A stretch of 64,000 nt of DNA, from NCBI GenBank assembly GCA_002633005.1, contig NMRA01000070.1, forward strand, positions 292,141-356,140, given 5' to 3'. The position numbers and the translations under genes were made by a program. Shown here one piece after another: positions 1 through 13,902 of the stretch (positions are counted from its first letter, which is position 1; each line of letters opens with the position of its first letter). The stretch comes from Phoronis australis. Lineage: Eukaryota; Animalia; Phoronida. Under the pieces are notes generated by a model. The model searched no databases. It saw only the letters and a program-made list of their open reading frames with translations, and had not been told where the DNA came from.

Positions 1-2582
1 TTATATACAGACTCTCTACTTTCATGAATTGAAGTAGTGTTTTAGAAAGTTAAATTCCAAAGTTTGTAGATATTTGTCAATAAGGTGCCACATAACTTTA
101 TGTCCTGACATTAAATTTTGGGTTACTCATGTTGTTTCATTACATGACAACTGATACTTCTGTCCTCTGATTGTCTGGAATACAGTTTGATAATTTTGAC
201 CCACCACCCTGTGGAATAACACTTCATTTACGCCACCAGGATGTCACGCAAATAGCAATGTGACCAATCAGATACCCTAAAAATCATAAACCCTGAGAGC
301 AAAGTAAGCAGACAATGTCAGTACATCAAACTTAGCTTTAAAGAAGCATCAGTAGCCATTTAATAAAAGAAAGTTAGACTGATCTATCAGGCAGATTAGG
401 TTACATAGACCTGAGAGGGACATATGCTACATTAGTGATTCATTGGCAAGCAGATTCAAATGGTGTAACAGCAATGAAATGGGGGTCCTCCAACTTTGGC
501 TAATCTGTTGACCTACAGTAGCACGAATGGTTATCACCGATTCTGTGTAAGCGATAAAGATGTTCACTAACATGTGCTGTCAATGAGACCAGTTGTGTGT
601 CCTTGATTTAGTAGCTTGAATGCGCTGCGTCAGTTGAGGGGGACTCTTCCGCTTATCTACGACTTTCTTGAAGACAGGAAGGTGCTTGGAACCTGTTTGA
701 AATAAATAGAATAGTTTGACTTACTTTTAGGCAAACATGATAATACTACATACACAACTCTTCAATAAAAAATACGCATTACTGACAAAATTGTTTTCAT
801 GTTGACGGCGCATAATACCTGTACATATACGAGTTTTTGAAAAGTGAACAGGGATCCAGATTTATTGTCAGTAGTTGAATGTTGAATCTATAAAACAATC
901 AAGTAAATGGAAAATCTGTCATTCTCTGTTTTTACATTTTGACAATAATAATTTAATTGTCAGCAGATTCAAACAAGATCACCTATCGCATTCAAGTATT
1001 TTATGTACTATACAGTGACGGATCTGGGATACCATTAGGGGGGCGGCCCAACGTCTTGCCTCGGGGAATTTGGCAAAGCGCGATTGTATATGCACAGGGG
1101 GCCCGAAAGTCGTGGGAGCTGAGGATGCAGACCTTCTGTTCCGAAAATTTGTCGGTGGACTAAAAAAAAACGGGAACACGATTCCACCGCAATCTGGGAT
1201 CTGAGTCCCCCCCCCATCCGCTACCGGTCCTAGTTAGTGAACTCTCTTCTTCTTCGCGCTTCACGCTGTTTCTGTTTCATTTTGCTGGCGGCAGGCAAGG
1301 GGGGAGGGGGCGGGCCCCCGCCTATGCTATAGACAACTAAATACAACCTATAAATGAAAGCGTTGACGGAACAAACACGTTCCTGATAGAAGACAACCTT
1401 CAAGGACAATGACAACTGTATAAAAGGCTGAACATCACCTATGGTGCATAACGAAAAACTAACATTAACACAGCTTAGATATGTCATTACCTCTGTATGC
1501 TCCTCACTCACATGGAAATATTTGTATCAATGTATGCCACAATGTTTCAGTCCAGTTGTTAAATGTTATCAACTTTATTTAGAGATGTCGACAACCTGCA
1601 AAAGACGCATACATGTATGCATGTGTTACCTAACTCAGTCTAACATGGTTGCTTTTCAAACAGCGAATGATGGGCGGTGGTTTCTAAGCTATTGTGTCAA
1701 ATCAATTGGCATGGGCAGTATTATTTCACTGGGCCACTTTTGTCTGTCTTTACATACATTGGCGTATTGTTATGTGGGTCTGTACTGAACAGAGAAAGGC
1801 AAAAATATTGTAGGCCAGAAAAGTCTATTCATCTCTATGAGAACATTCAAAACCTGTCAACAGAACCTCAGAGAGTTGTATTCTGTTAACTTTTATCTGA
1901 TTGCCATCAATATTTAGACCTGATGACATCACACAGCATACCAATGAAAAACTAATATTCATTAAATTGCACGCTTGAAAATGAAAATGAAATGAGTATT
2001 TCCACTTTATTTGCCAATAATAACACTTTTACACAACAAAAGTTATTTGAACTTCTTCCTTAATTAGATAAGAAAGAATTACAGATCCCTGCTTAGGCCA
2101 AGCTGGGAGCGATTGGCGATGTCATAAGTGAGATATAAATGAAAACACTACCTCCAATTACGAGCAAATTGCGAGTTCCAAGCACTGGCGTATACACGAG
2201 GGGTGAAGCGGCAGGTACAACGGTGCATGTCTTAATAATCATAATCCTTTCCATTGCAAAGGTCCCAGGTTGCCAGTCATTTCAGCCCCTTGGTCACAAA
2301 CCTAACCATCCCAGTCATACCACCTTTGGAAACAATTACCAAGACCAGAATATCATGCAGAATGGGCAATAACAATAATCCAAACAGAAAAATAACTCAC
2401 GACAAACGAATTCATGTCCAACATTCGAAATTTTAGTTAAAAGTCACACTAGATGTCGCAACTGCTTGCTTAATCTCAAGATCTCTTGCGTGAACTTGGA
2501 ATAGAAATTTATTCTAAGTTCACTCATGATTCCAAGTTGAAGTACAACACAACAGGGCTTGGCATTGGTTTATCAGTGGGTG

Positions 2583-4436
2583 AACTTGGAACCCTGCTTA
2601 ATCTCAAGATCGTGTATATATGCGCGAACTTGGAGTTGAACATTCATTTGGTCAATCAGGTGAATTTTTTGTTCAGTGTAAGGACTTTTTGTAATTATTG
2701 GCCTCATGATCACCCGTTTTCTCCTCAAACGTGACTTGTGTCAAGGAATCGGGGGAATTGTGTGAATGGTTGAATCAATTGATAAGATCCGCTAGTAGTT
2801 GCAAAAGGATACGTTATTTTATTACTGTTATTTGATTTGATGCAATGCAAATTTTTATCAACGTGAACGTGATTATTTGAGTAAACTTGTCGAGTTTCCT
2901 CATGTATTCCAAGTTCACACATACACGAAGTTCACGCACAGCAGTTTACAGTCAACCCTTATCAAGGAACCCGGGGGTTCTTCCATACAAGAGGTACGAC
3001 GTGCTGGTCATAAGGGTAGCTATTTCGGATCCAATCTCCCTGCGAAAGGATATGTTTCTGAAAAAACCTCTGCGGAAGAATGCATTTTCTTACAAAATTA
3101 CCAACAAAACCGTTTGAAAACTTCGACAGACACTCTCAGAGTTTTTCAATTCGTATCAGTCATCTACTTTCAAAACTTTATTGTTCCAAATAAGAGGCGT
3201 AGTTACGACACATATGCACGTGAGTCGTAGACAAAATGAAAAATGTTAATTTTCTAATAGTAATAATAATAATAATAATAATAATATATTTATAACTTTT
3301 TTCTGAATAAAGTAACACTTTGGCAATTTACTCAAAACTGTAGTGAAATATTGAGTGTACATTACGGTGGCCGGTACATGACGTTTTTCTACTTTTGTGG
3401 TATTTTCCACCGTGGTGAAAGATGACTTCTCAACCTGGTGAGAAGCACATTCCACAGTAACAGTAGAAAGTATAAATACATGCACGACTGTAACTTCGGA
3501 ATTGCAATTTGAGCGATATCTTTAATTTCAGTCGGCTCGTGGAGAGTGGACTCCTGCGTTTCCTGGCGAACAGGTCTAACTCATTGCCTGTTTTATCTAT
3601 GGCCTGAGTGTCGTCTTCACCCCCATCTCCAAATCTGTCTTCATGATACTCGTCAAACTCCCTCTACGTCTTTTTAATGTCTTCCACTGATGGCATCAGC
3701 TGGCGGAAAACCAAAGGATCATTAACTTTTCTTTAAAATACATATTTACTCAATTATTTCCCAAAATAAGTGCTTGTTTAGTTAGATCTTGTGTTACAAA
3801 ATTATTATACACGGTCAAAAACATCTAAAAGTGCAAAAATCCATTGTAGGAACAAACGGTTCGGCAGGACAGCCAATGACACGGGTTTTCGTACCTTTCT
3901 ACAATATGCAATGTCATCTACGTTGAAATAACTAAAGTACACTCAAACCCACGAGTTTCGCAGTGAGAATTAACGGAACTAAACATGAAGTGAACAATCG
4001 GAAAACACGTTTTCACCTACGCAGCCTCAACCTGATAAAGATCGCTGGGTCACTTGTGCTGAGTCTATTCATTCGAGTTGCAGTAAACCCAAAACGAATC
4101 CTCTCTGGATAACATTAGTGATACACAAGTAAGTTAGTTATACACCTGTATGCGTCTGGCACTCTTTTCTTTCGTTCTATAATGAAAGGCGGTATTTCTA
4201 ATCCGACCAAATGTGTTTTAGGCCCCTGGCTGGGGCACAGGAAGAAAAACAAACAGTTTATCAATGGAGGTTGGGCTCCATGGGCTTCAGTTGTGTCCGA
4301 TTCTCGTTTCAGGGTTTATACTTGAGATACCTGGGATTTTCCTAAGTGATTCAATGGTGCAAAGATTACTGAGATGCAATTTCGGTCCGACATTTCGGTG
4401 TTCACTACGCCTGCATTACACTCAGACTGACAGATT
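2583..4436. repeat. Left arm of a long inverted duplication
   Basis: 2583-3458 is the reverse complement of about 17668-18446, and 4278-4436 of about 17452-17628; high but imperfect identity. Confidence 0.88.
3261..3286. repeat. (TAA)n microsatellite
   Basis: Direct read. Confidence 0.9.
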
Positions 4437-5423
4437 AAGGATGCCCACTGGGGTCGCGGTGCAAGACAGTAATGCCGTTTTTGGGATTTATTGTTGTTGG
4501 AGTTCCACCCCACCACATCCCACCCACAAGACCGCCACTCAACCAGTACAGCGCTACCCTGGCCGGCCGTCTAGGCGCCGGCGCGGCGTCTCGGCATACC
4601 TCCGTCGACAGATGGGAAACGGTCAGGGCACAAATTCTTGATCCTCTTCCAAATGACAAGTAGTTAACAATTTGCCGGTAGGCAAAATACACACAGTAGC
4701 GTGCAGAGGTTTGGGGCGATTTTTTTAATTGCATGCCACTTCTCTAATCAAATGAATTCAGGACCCTTATACTAAGAAAAATAAAAAAGACGAAACATAA
4801 CATAGACACTTTATTCAATTACAAATCAGTAATTGGATGACCCCCGATGTGGATCGATGCCTGTGCCCGTCGCCCCGTCGCCCCGTCGCCCTACCACACC
4901 CCCTTCTGAACGGTACTGATTTTACAACAATGATTATTTTGAACTCTTGATAGTCGGTGGGCCAAATCTCATAGCGTTCACCCTTGTGAGTACTTTGGGG
5001 GGCAACCTAGTTTTTTCTATGTGGCTAGATAATATAACTAAAAATCGAATTCCAAAAAGTTCCCACGTCTACACTTGCACATTTTTTTTAAAAAAAGGTG
5101 TTTTTGTTGCACAAAATATGATGCATATTCCTGCGACTTGATGGCGCTTTTCTAGTGAATTGACCAATCAGAGAGCCAGATTGTATTGTTGTGCTTAGTT
5201 ACTTCAATATGAGACATTAAGTCACGGGTTTCTGGGCTCATAGACCTTCAGACTAGTTTCGAACTAAATAGCTTTACTTCTTGTCGGCCTTACAGGGCCT
5301 TTTAAAAAACATTTTAATAGTCGCATAATTTGCCTTCAGACATGTTAAGCTTCGGAGTATCGAGCTCCACCCTATTTATACTAATGCACTATGACTGGCA
5401 AGCTACGTTTAATTACATTCTTA

Positions 5424-6088
5424 ATTACTCTGCGCGTGCAAGCGCAAAGATTTGCTGTTCTTCGTATCTTCTTATTACTCTGCGCGTGCAAGCGCAGAGT
5501 ACTGTTGTTCCTGGGTTTTCTTCAATTTTATTACTCTGCGCGTGCAAGCGCAGATTTTTACTGTTCTACGTATTTTATCTTCTCATTCTTATTCTTCTTA
5601 TTCTTCTTATTCTTCCTTCCTTTTCAGATTGTTATTACTCTTACATCCATTCACTTACAACAGTCATACTCACTGTGGTTAATATGATAATGAAATTTCG
5701 TGAACAGTTTGATGCCATATAGGTGCACCCAGAACTTACACGGAATTTCGATCTGATCAACTGAACTGAATTTCTGGGTCAAAGGTCAATCAGTGCAAAA
5801 ATGATTTCTGAGCTAGACATTTCATCAACACATATATCATTTTCATTTATAAATTAAATTCAGTCACAAACTTTGGAGTAATTAGGTGCAACTGCGAGGT
5901 CATTAAGTGCACTTTTCCATTGATATTCTAATTTTTCACTCTTGCTCTTTCATAGTTACCAGGGACATCACTCTCTTTCACACGAAGGATGCAACTTTTA
6001 TGCAATGTAATACGCCTTAACTTCACTATGCGTGTGCATACACCCCGCGCAGAGTTGTAAGTGCGCATACTCAATTGCATTCTACTTT
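5424..6088 (+). mobile_element. Helentron/HINE (DINE-1-like) non-autonomous element with a triplicated 5' end
   Basis: 5' subTIR/hairpin ACTCTGCGCGTGCAAGCGCAGAGT three times (5427, 5477, 5533), TTCTTATTC microsatellite, 3' subTIR CGCGCAGAGT at 6046. Inserted in a T-rich site that is empty in unit 3 (CTTAATTTTAGTC). Confidence 0.7.
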
Positions 6089-8129
6089 TAGTCTCCGGTT
6101 GTTAATTTTCGTCTTCCATCCTTGTTCCGATTTGGTTATCCGTGGACTGCGTGGTAGCGTTGTTGCGTGGGTATGGCGATCAAATAAACAAAAACGTCCA
6201 TTAATAAAATTTACAAACAATCGAGATATCAACTAATGTTTTTAATTTGCCTCTCCCATATTAATTGAGAAATCCTTGTCTGCGCCACGGCAGAAGTCGA
6301 TCATGGGAACCACTGTTCAGCTACTTGTGGCATCTGCAAAGGAATTCACCATTGAACCTTGAACCTTGAACCTTGAACGTAATTTGGATTCAGCCATGCT
6401 ATTTTTCTTAATATGTTATGGCTTGTGTTAGTATGTTAGTGAAATTGTTAGTCGTTATTAGAAATAGCATTAGCGTCAGTGCAAATGTACCAGTAAGACA
6501 AGTAACAAACGTTTAGTCCAAGCGAATAGTATTGGATTTGATAGATACAAAGATCCATCCATTTAAAGTACATGTGTGTCATCACCTCCCAAATACTGAA
6601 ACATCAGTTCAACCTAAAGTACAACAAAAATACAGTAAACACTTAAATCCTGTTACAATAATCTGGACAAAACACAGTTGTAACAGGTGGAGAGCTCTAG
6701 CTGCAAGTGTCAGCGAGACCAAATTGCATTCAGTAATGAAAGTTATATAACTCTATCGTCCCCTATCAATCGGGTTGGACCGCATCTCATGGGCGTGCCC
6801 TCACGGAAGAGGCAACTTCCTGGCGTCATTTTAGATTTCCGTCTCTGGTGTTATTTTGGGTTGGTGGTCCCGTGACATCTTTCGTTCATTGCCAATGGTT
6901 GAGAGGTCAAGGTCCTGCTTGTTCAGGTTCTGTATGACCCTCGAAAATAGCTGTTCAGATTTAGATCAAATGCCACATACTATGATTTGAACACCTATCA
7001 CAACACGAAAATGAATTGATCATAGTTTACCACATCAACAGTGTTCCTGTGATCACTTCCCGAATATTTTTTTTCATCAAATATATTTCGATTATTTTAC
7101 ATTGATACCATTGTTTTACTATCAATGTTTTGGGGTTTTTTTGCTAAATTTTATGGGATTTTTGAGTTTGAAGGCTTATATCTCAGAAATCGATGATCCG
7201 ATTTAAGTAAAATGTTCGAATACTGCGATTTAAACACGGTTCACAAAACGAAAAGGAAATGGTCACACTTTAGAATATTAACATTGTTTCTAACACCACT
7301 TATGGAATAATTTCGGTCTTTACCATGGCGAGGTCTCTTGGCGTCTCCGTGTCAGGAAAGAAGGCCCTTCTACACGACGTAGCCACTGAAGTTGAACAGG
7401 CATCTTGTTGGATTTGGATGAAATACCAACAGCAACACCACCAACAACCGTCAGACAGAGCCTGATCAACTATGTTGTCCTGCCTACTAGAGATGGTCTT
7501 GGTTTAGGGACGAAACCTTAAAGGACAGTAGGAGACCAACTGAATATGGCGGTTAAGCGCAGTTCCATCAAGTGTTTAAAGTAAGTTCATTAAATCAAAT
7601 TCGATCTTGTTATTGATACAGTTGTTTTACTATCAATGTGAATTTGTCTTTTATGTGATGAAACCAGGTGTAAAAGGGTATATATGAACAAAGACAGATG
7701 TCTGAATGGCTGGCGAGTAGATTTTTCACTTTGCTTTTCCAAATTAAACAAGTGTTCGGTAAAGCTTTGATGGCTCATAGAGCTCGCATGCAGTCGAAAC
7801 TTGTAGCTTCTAGGATGTTTATAACCTGAACAGCACCATACCTTTTGGCCCTGTGTTATTCGTGTAAGTGGTACTTTGGAACACTGTCATTGTTTGCAAC
7901 GTCAAAGTCCAGCGGTTCGACGAATGGTCAAATCGCTAAAAAATCTACAATGAGGTAAAAAGGAAATCAACCCATTGCGAGTAGTAAAAACATACGACCA
8001 CAATTTTAAATTAGAAGTGAGAAAGAGTTGGCCGAAGTTATGAATTCCCGGTATTAATGGTTCCGAAGTTTTGCAAGCCCACAAATACATACTGTAAATC
8101 CAAAGAACCACACAAATCCTGAAGTCCAT

Positions 8130-8300
8130 TAGTTCGAAAGCTAAAAGTTCGAAATTTTATGACACGAGGTTCTGAGCAGTGACTTCCAGCAAAACGTTCG
8201 GGGGTTTGTAAGCACGTGCCTGTTTGAAACCAGTTCTTCAAAGAGCCAGTGTCTCTGGGAAGGATCCAAACAAAAATTTTCAATGAGCACTGAGCTGTCG
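8130..8300. repeat. Dispersed repeat fragment; inverted copy at about 14600-14770
   Basis: GACACGAGGTTCTGA..CACGT.CCTGTTTGAAAC..GAGCCAGTG..GATCCAAACAAA..CACTGAGCTG is shared in opposite orientation. Confidence 0.6.
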
Positions 8301-9347
8301 CTTTAATTTACATTTCCATATTTCGGTTCACCGCAACTAAAATTTTGCTGCTCTGCTGTCGTTGAGGTTTTGTGGTCTCATAGATGTTCGAACCAGTTTT
8401 GAACTAACTAGCTTTCTTTTCGTCCAGATAAGGCCTTCTTAAAAACATTTTCAATAGACGTATTTTAGGTGTCAGGACTTCAGAACCTTCAGAGTGCCGA
8501 GATGTACCTTATTTATACTAAAGCTGTGTGAAATGCAAGAAACGTTAGCTTACCTTCATAATTTTCGTCTTAAACCCTTCTTCTTCCGTTTTTGGTATCC
8601 GTGGGTCGCAGCATATCGTTCGGGTATGGGTATAGTGTGTAAATAGACAAAAACTTGTGTAATAAAACTTTCAAATAATCGACAAGTCACCTGTTTTCAA
8701 TTTGCCGCTCGGATGCTAATTGAAAAATCCTTGACCCTGTGCCGGCAGAAATCGACTACGGGAACTACTGCTCAAGTCCATCTGGTTGTGTGCAAAGGAA
8801 TTAAAAAAAACACCATTCAGCATGCATTTTGAGACCTTGAACTTCATTTTCGTTTTTTCATGCTTTCTTTCGTGGTATGTCAGTGCTTATATTAGTATGT
8901 TAGTGCAAGTGTTAGCCAGGATCAGAAATAGCGTAAGCGTCAATGCGAAAGAACCACCAAGAAAACTAACAAAAGTAACAAACGTTTAGTCCAGGAGAAT
9001 AGTAATACATTTGATAGACGGGCAGATAAATTCACTGGAATAAATGTGCGTCATCACAACCCAAAAATTTCTACATGAGAAGAAGCCAGAGTGCAATTAA
9101 AATGCAGCCAACATTAACATCTATTACACTGACTTGGACCCAAGTGGAGAACTGTAGCTGCATGTGTCAGCCAGACCAAAATGTTATCAATAACGAAAGT
9201 TAAACACTTCTGTTGTCCTTCGTGTATCTGCTAAGGCAGCACCTCATCGCCCGCGCCCTCACGGAATAGGCAACTTGCTGGGGGAGAGGTCAGGGTCCTG
9301 TTTGTTTAGCTTCTGTATGATCTTTAATGTCTACATTTCTCTAACTT

Positions 9348-10528
9348 TGAAGGTTTATACCCCCAGACAATGCAATGCGCCCGCGAATGCATCGCAAATG
9401 GTGTGCTTTTAGAGTTCTTTATTTGTATCATAAAATTGCCACTAGATGGCGCAAAAACGTACAATCCATCTAAAAACGGGAACATGCCATTTTTCATAAA
9501 AATCTGTCAAGGAACTTCAGAGAAACAAAGGAAAACAGAACAAAATGAAATTGGCACTTGTAGGCACAGGGTCCGTTCCATCCGCCTGAAAGTCGTTGTC
9601 TGTTATCTTCATATAAATTCACTTACTAAATTTAATAAAGATCCTGCAGTGGGTTTTGGAGAGACAGCTAGGGTGCAAAACAAAACAAAACTACCAAGAT
9701 TTGAAAACAGCAAAAATAGCCACAAGGTGGTGCAAAATACCTCGATTCCATCCAAAAACAGGAAGATAGCGTCATCACAACAATAGATGCCTATATTCAC
9801 AATTTTATGAAAATCTATTGAAGATCTTTGAAGATACAGAGTTAAAGGTAAAAAAACTAAAATTGCCACTAGGGGGGCACAGCAATAGTCAGATCTGTCC
9901 GAAAGTCGTCGCCATCCGTAGTCAACATCACATAAATACACTTGCTAAATTAAGTAAAGATCCTGCGAATGGTTTAGAAGATACAGCCATAAGCGCAAAC
10001 AGAACTGCCACTAGGAGGCGCCACAGTAGTCGAAATCGCCGGAAAATCATCTTCAACCGTCCTCTTTATAGTAAGCACATACATGTCAATTTTCACAATC
10101 ATCCTTTGAGCGGTTTGGTTGATAGGGGGGTGGGCGCAAAAAAACAGACTCGAAAACAGTAAAAATGGTCACTAGGTGGCGCAAACTAAGTTGAATCCAT
10201 CAGAAAACGGGAGAATAGCGTCATCCCATTAATAGGTGCCTACATACCAAATTTCACGAAAATCCGATGAGGACTTTTGAAGACTCAAAGGTAAGCGTAA
10301 AAAACTAAAATTGCCACTAGGGGTCACACCGGTAGTCGGATCCGTCCGTACGTTCGCTCATGCCGTCCCATTCATGAATGGAACATATGTGTTAAATTTC
10401 ATAAACGTATGTCAAAGGGTTTTGGAAATAGACGCCGGACGGACGCCGGACGGACGCCGCACGGACGGACGGACGGACGGAGATGACGGCATAATGCGTC
10501 CGCATATAAATATGTGGGCGCATAAAAA
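9348..10528 (-). mobile_element. Helentron/HINE-like element with GTCC microsatellite and internal ~145-bp tandem array
   Basis: On -: TTTTTATGCGCCC..GCGGACGCAT hairpin, (GTCC)n tract, internal repeats, far-end subTIR GGGCGCAT. Absent from the homologous position in unit 3. Confidence 0.75.
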
Positions 10529-12664
10529 TGTCAAATATACTTTGATATAAAAACCGTTCACACAGCGAAAATGAAATGATCATATTTTAGACCACTAACA
10601 CTATTTCTGAGATCACTTCAGGAATACTTTCATAACATTAAATTCGATCTTGTTATTGATACCGTTGTCTTACTATCAACGTGCCTTTGTTTTTTGTTTT
10701 TTTTTGTTTTTTTTGCTAAGTTTTACGGTTTTTGAGAGACTGTGCCCTGAAACCAGGTATGAAACAGTGTACATCAATAAATACAAATGCCTGAATGATT
10801 GGCAAGTAGATTATTTACTTCGCTTTTCCAAATCAAACACTCAAGTATTTGGTCATATTGTGATGGCACACTGGAGTACACACATGTTGTCGAAACCGGT
10901 AACTTCCAGCATGTTGACAAATGAACTGGTGTCAGTAGTGTTAGTAGTTTTGATTTACAGCCACTAAAAGTATAGTGCTTCGCTGTCGATGACTTTGAAT
11001 CACTTGTTGGTGTCATGGACCTTTGGATTAGTTTCGAAATAAATGGCTTTTCTGTCTGTTTGAATTCTGAACCTTCGGACTTACAGGGCCTTTATAAAAA
11101 CAATTTTCATTTGTCGCATAATTTGCCTTCAGGCTTCTGAACCTTCACAGTATCGAGCTCGATCCTATTTACACTAATGTGTTATAATTCGCAAGCTACG
11201 CCAATTACCTGCTTAATTTTAGTCTTCGGTAGTTAATTTCGGTCTTCCATAGTTCTTCTTCCGTTTTCGTTATCCGTGGGTAGCATCGTATCGTTGTTGC
11301 GTGAATATGGCGCGTAAATAAACAAAAACCGGCATTAATAACAATCGAGGAATCAACTAATGTTTTCAATTTGCAACTCGAATAGTATTACTAACTGAAA
11401 AATCCTTGTCAATGTCACGGCAGCCACTTCTCAGCTCCATCTGATTGCGGCATCTGCAGAGGAATTCAAATAATACCATTCAGCATGCGATCTTGAACGT
11501 CATTTGGATTTTTTCATGCTGTCTTTCTTGTAATGTCAGGACTTGCGTTAGTATGTTAGTGCAATTATTAGTCAGGGTTAGAATGAGCGTTAGCGTCAAC
11601 GCGAATATACCAGCAAGACAAGTAACATACGTCTAGTGCAAGTGAAAAGTAATAGATTGGATGGATGGAGAGATCTATCTATTAAGTACATGTGCGTCAT
11701 CACCACCCAAGCACCAATACTTGAGTACAACCAAGAGCACGACTAAAATACAGTCAATTCTCAATACTTGAAATTAATTGCAAAGATCTATATACCACAC
11801 AGAGTTGTCAAAGGTAGGGAATTGTAACTGCAAGAAACAGCCAGACAAAACTGATATCAATAACGAAAGTTAAATACCTCCATCGTCCTTCCTGTATTGG
11901 GTAAGACAGCATCTCATGGCGTGCGCCTTCACGTAAGAGGCAACTCCCTTGATTTTTTTTACCTTTCCGACTCTGGTGGCTCAGCGACATCTTTGGTTCG
12001 CTGCTAGTGTTGGCGAGGTCAGGGTCGTCCTTGTTTAGGTCACGTTTGACTATAGAAGAAAAAATGACTACATTTCTCTAACTTTAAAGTAGGTGTTCAA
12101 GTTGATGTATACTTTCAAATACTATGATTAAACACTGTTCACAAAACTAAAATGAAATGATTATATTTTAGAACATTTACAGTGTTTCACTCCTGAAACA
12201 TTTTTTATCAAACGAATATCCACTTTGTTATTAATACCGTTGTCTTACTATCAATGTATCTTTTTAGCAGAAATTTACGCTTCTTGGGAAACTGGGCCTT
12301 GAAACGAGGTGTGAAACAGTGTACATGAGAAAAGACAGATGCCTGAATGACTGGCGAGTAGTTTTACTTCGCTTTTCCAAATCAAACAAGTGTTTGTTCA
12401 TATTTTGATGGCTCAAACGAGTACACGCATGTAGACCGAACCGGTGACTTCCAGCTGAACGGATAGCTCTTGGCTCTGGTGTTATTCGTGGTCCTGTAGC
12501 ACCATTTGTAAACTGCTCACGACGTCAGGTCCCGCATGTTATTGTAGACTGGTCAGTCCTGTCGTTTGACGAATGGCCAAGTCGGAACAAACAACTACAA
12601 AAAGGTAAAAGAAAACCAATTCTTTAGAAGCGATAAAACAAATAGTACCTCATTGCCCTCAATT

Positions 12665-12825
12665 AACAACAACAAGTGAGATACAGTGAGACACGAAGGT
12701 ATGAAATCACGGTCGTCATGGTTCCGGACGGACGCCGGACGGACGCCGGACGGGCGCCGGACGGACGCCGGACGGACGGAGATGACGGCATAATGCGTCC
12801 ACATATAAATATGTGGGCGCATAAT
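12665..12825 (-). mobile_element. Short/truncated copy of the same HINE-like family
   Basis: GGACGGACGCC microsatellite plus GATGACGGCATAATGCGTCC.CATATAAATATGTGGGCGCATAA, nearly identical to 10435-10525. Confidence 0.75.
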
Positions 12826-13105
12826 AACACACTAGTTAATCAAAATCCAGTAGTTTGACAAAAGCGAAGTCGCTTACTAAGATCTTCTAATTAGCCTATA
12901 CAAATACCAGTTTTCTGCTCAGTGGTTTGAAACCAGTTATAAAACCATGCACAGGAATACTTTTAATAGATCATACAAGTACAACCATGTAGTCGAAAGC
13001 TAAAACTTCCGGGATGCTTTCAGATGAGACACACCATACCTTTTGACTCTGGTTTGTTTGGTTCACAGTTATTCGGATATCATCGTGATTCGTTCGGAAG
13101 TTAGT

Positions 13106-13902
13106 GCCGCCCGTAATTACGATCGCAATTACAGCAGAGACTGCGCTCGTGTTTTACGACCGTAATCGTTAAATCCAATGAGATATTGGTTTGTAGTTTA
13201 CGTGAGCTCAGCAGAAATTCTACGCTCGAAATTTTACGCTCGTATTTTTCCCTCGTAATTTTAGCAAGTAGCCGTTTGATTCAAGTACCAGTCCACGAGA
13301 TCACCAGCATTTGATATTGTTTTGTGGTGCAAATGGTTTGTCATCCAAGTGTCTTGAATAAGTAATGAATAATTTACCATCAACATTTGGAAACTCTACT
13401 GCATTACCCCAAAAACCGATTTGAACCAATGTTTTTGCAATTTCATATTATCTGCTCGCACCGTTAAGAGTAAGAAAACGAAACTTGGTCTAAATACTGA
13501 AAAAGCATGGTAATTTTAACAAATGAAATAAGACAACCTGCTAGATATACATTTTGGCACCTCAGTAAAACGGACCACTTTCAAATGCATGCGATAGCTA
13601 GGGCAGCAAGTAAAAAAAATTCAGTCAGTCATCGATATTTTTCAATCTTTTGCTCTGATAAACTTTGCACCTGAGATTTTATCTTCTGAACTCTTCATAA
13701 TAGGTGCAAAAATACAAGCGTAAAATAACGTACATAAAATTACAATTACTAGTGTAAAATGACGAACGTAAATTTACGAGCATACACATGTACAACTGCT
13801 TCAGAGCTCACGTGACCTACAGTCCAATTTATCATTGGATATCAGAATTACAGTAGTAAAACGCTAGCTTTATAATAGTCTCGGTCGTAATTATGAGCGT
13901 CC
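13106..13902. mobile_element. MITE with about 170-bp diverged terminal inverted repeats
   Basis: CGTAATTACGA..TCCAATGA..ACGTGAGCTC at the left is mirrored by GAGCTCACGT..TCATTGGA..TCGTAATTATG at the right. Confidence 0.65.

Noticed and set aside
560-2372. Minus-strand spliced gene (exon-like segments ending at 692, at 1348-1438 and near 2150-2370; also 3530-3700)
   Set aside because: Splice-like signals exist but joined frames hit stops and give no recognisable protein; could be UTR/lncRNA, unsupported without RNA data.
8786-11636. Short plus-strand ORFs in the tandem units ending VTNV*/VTYV* (PDZ-ligand-like), and the signal-peptide-like ORF at 15452-15643
   Set aside because: Unit 1 has an in-frame stop, unit 4 is disrupted, starts are not conserved, and substitutions show no third-position bias.
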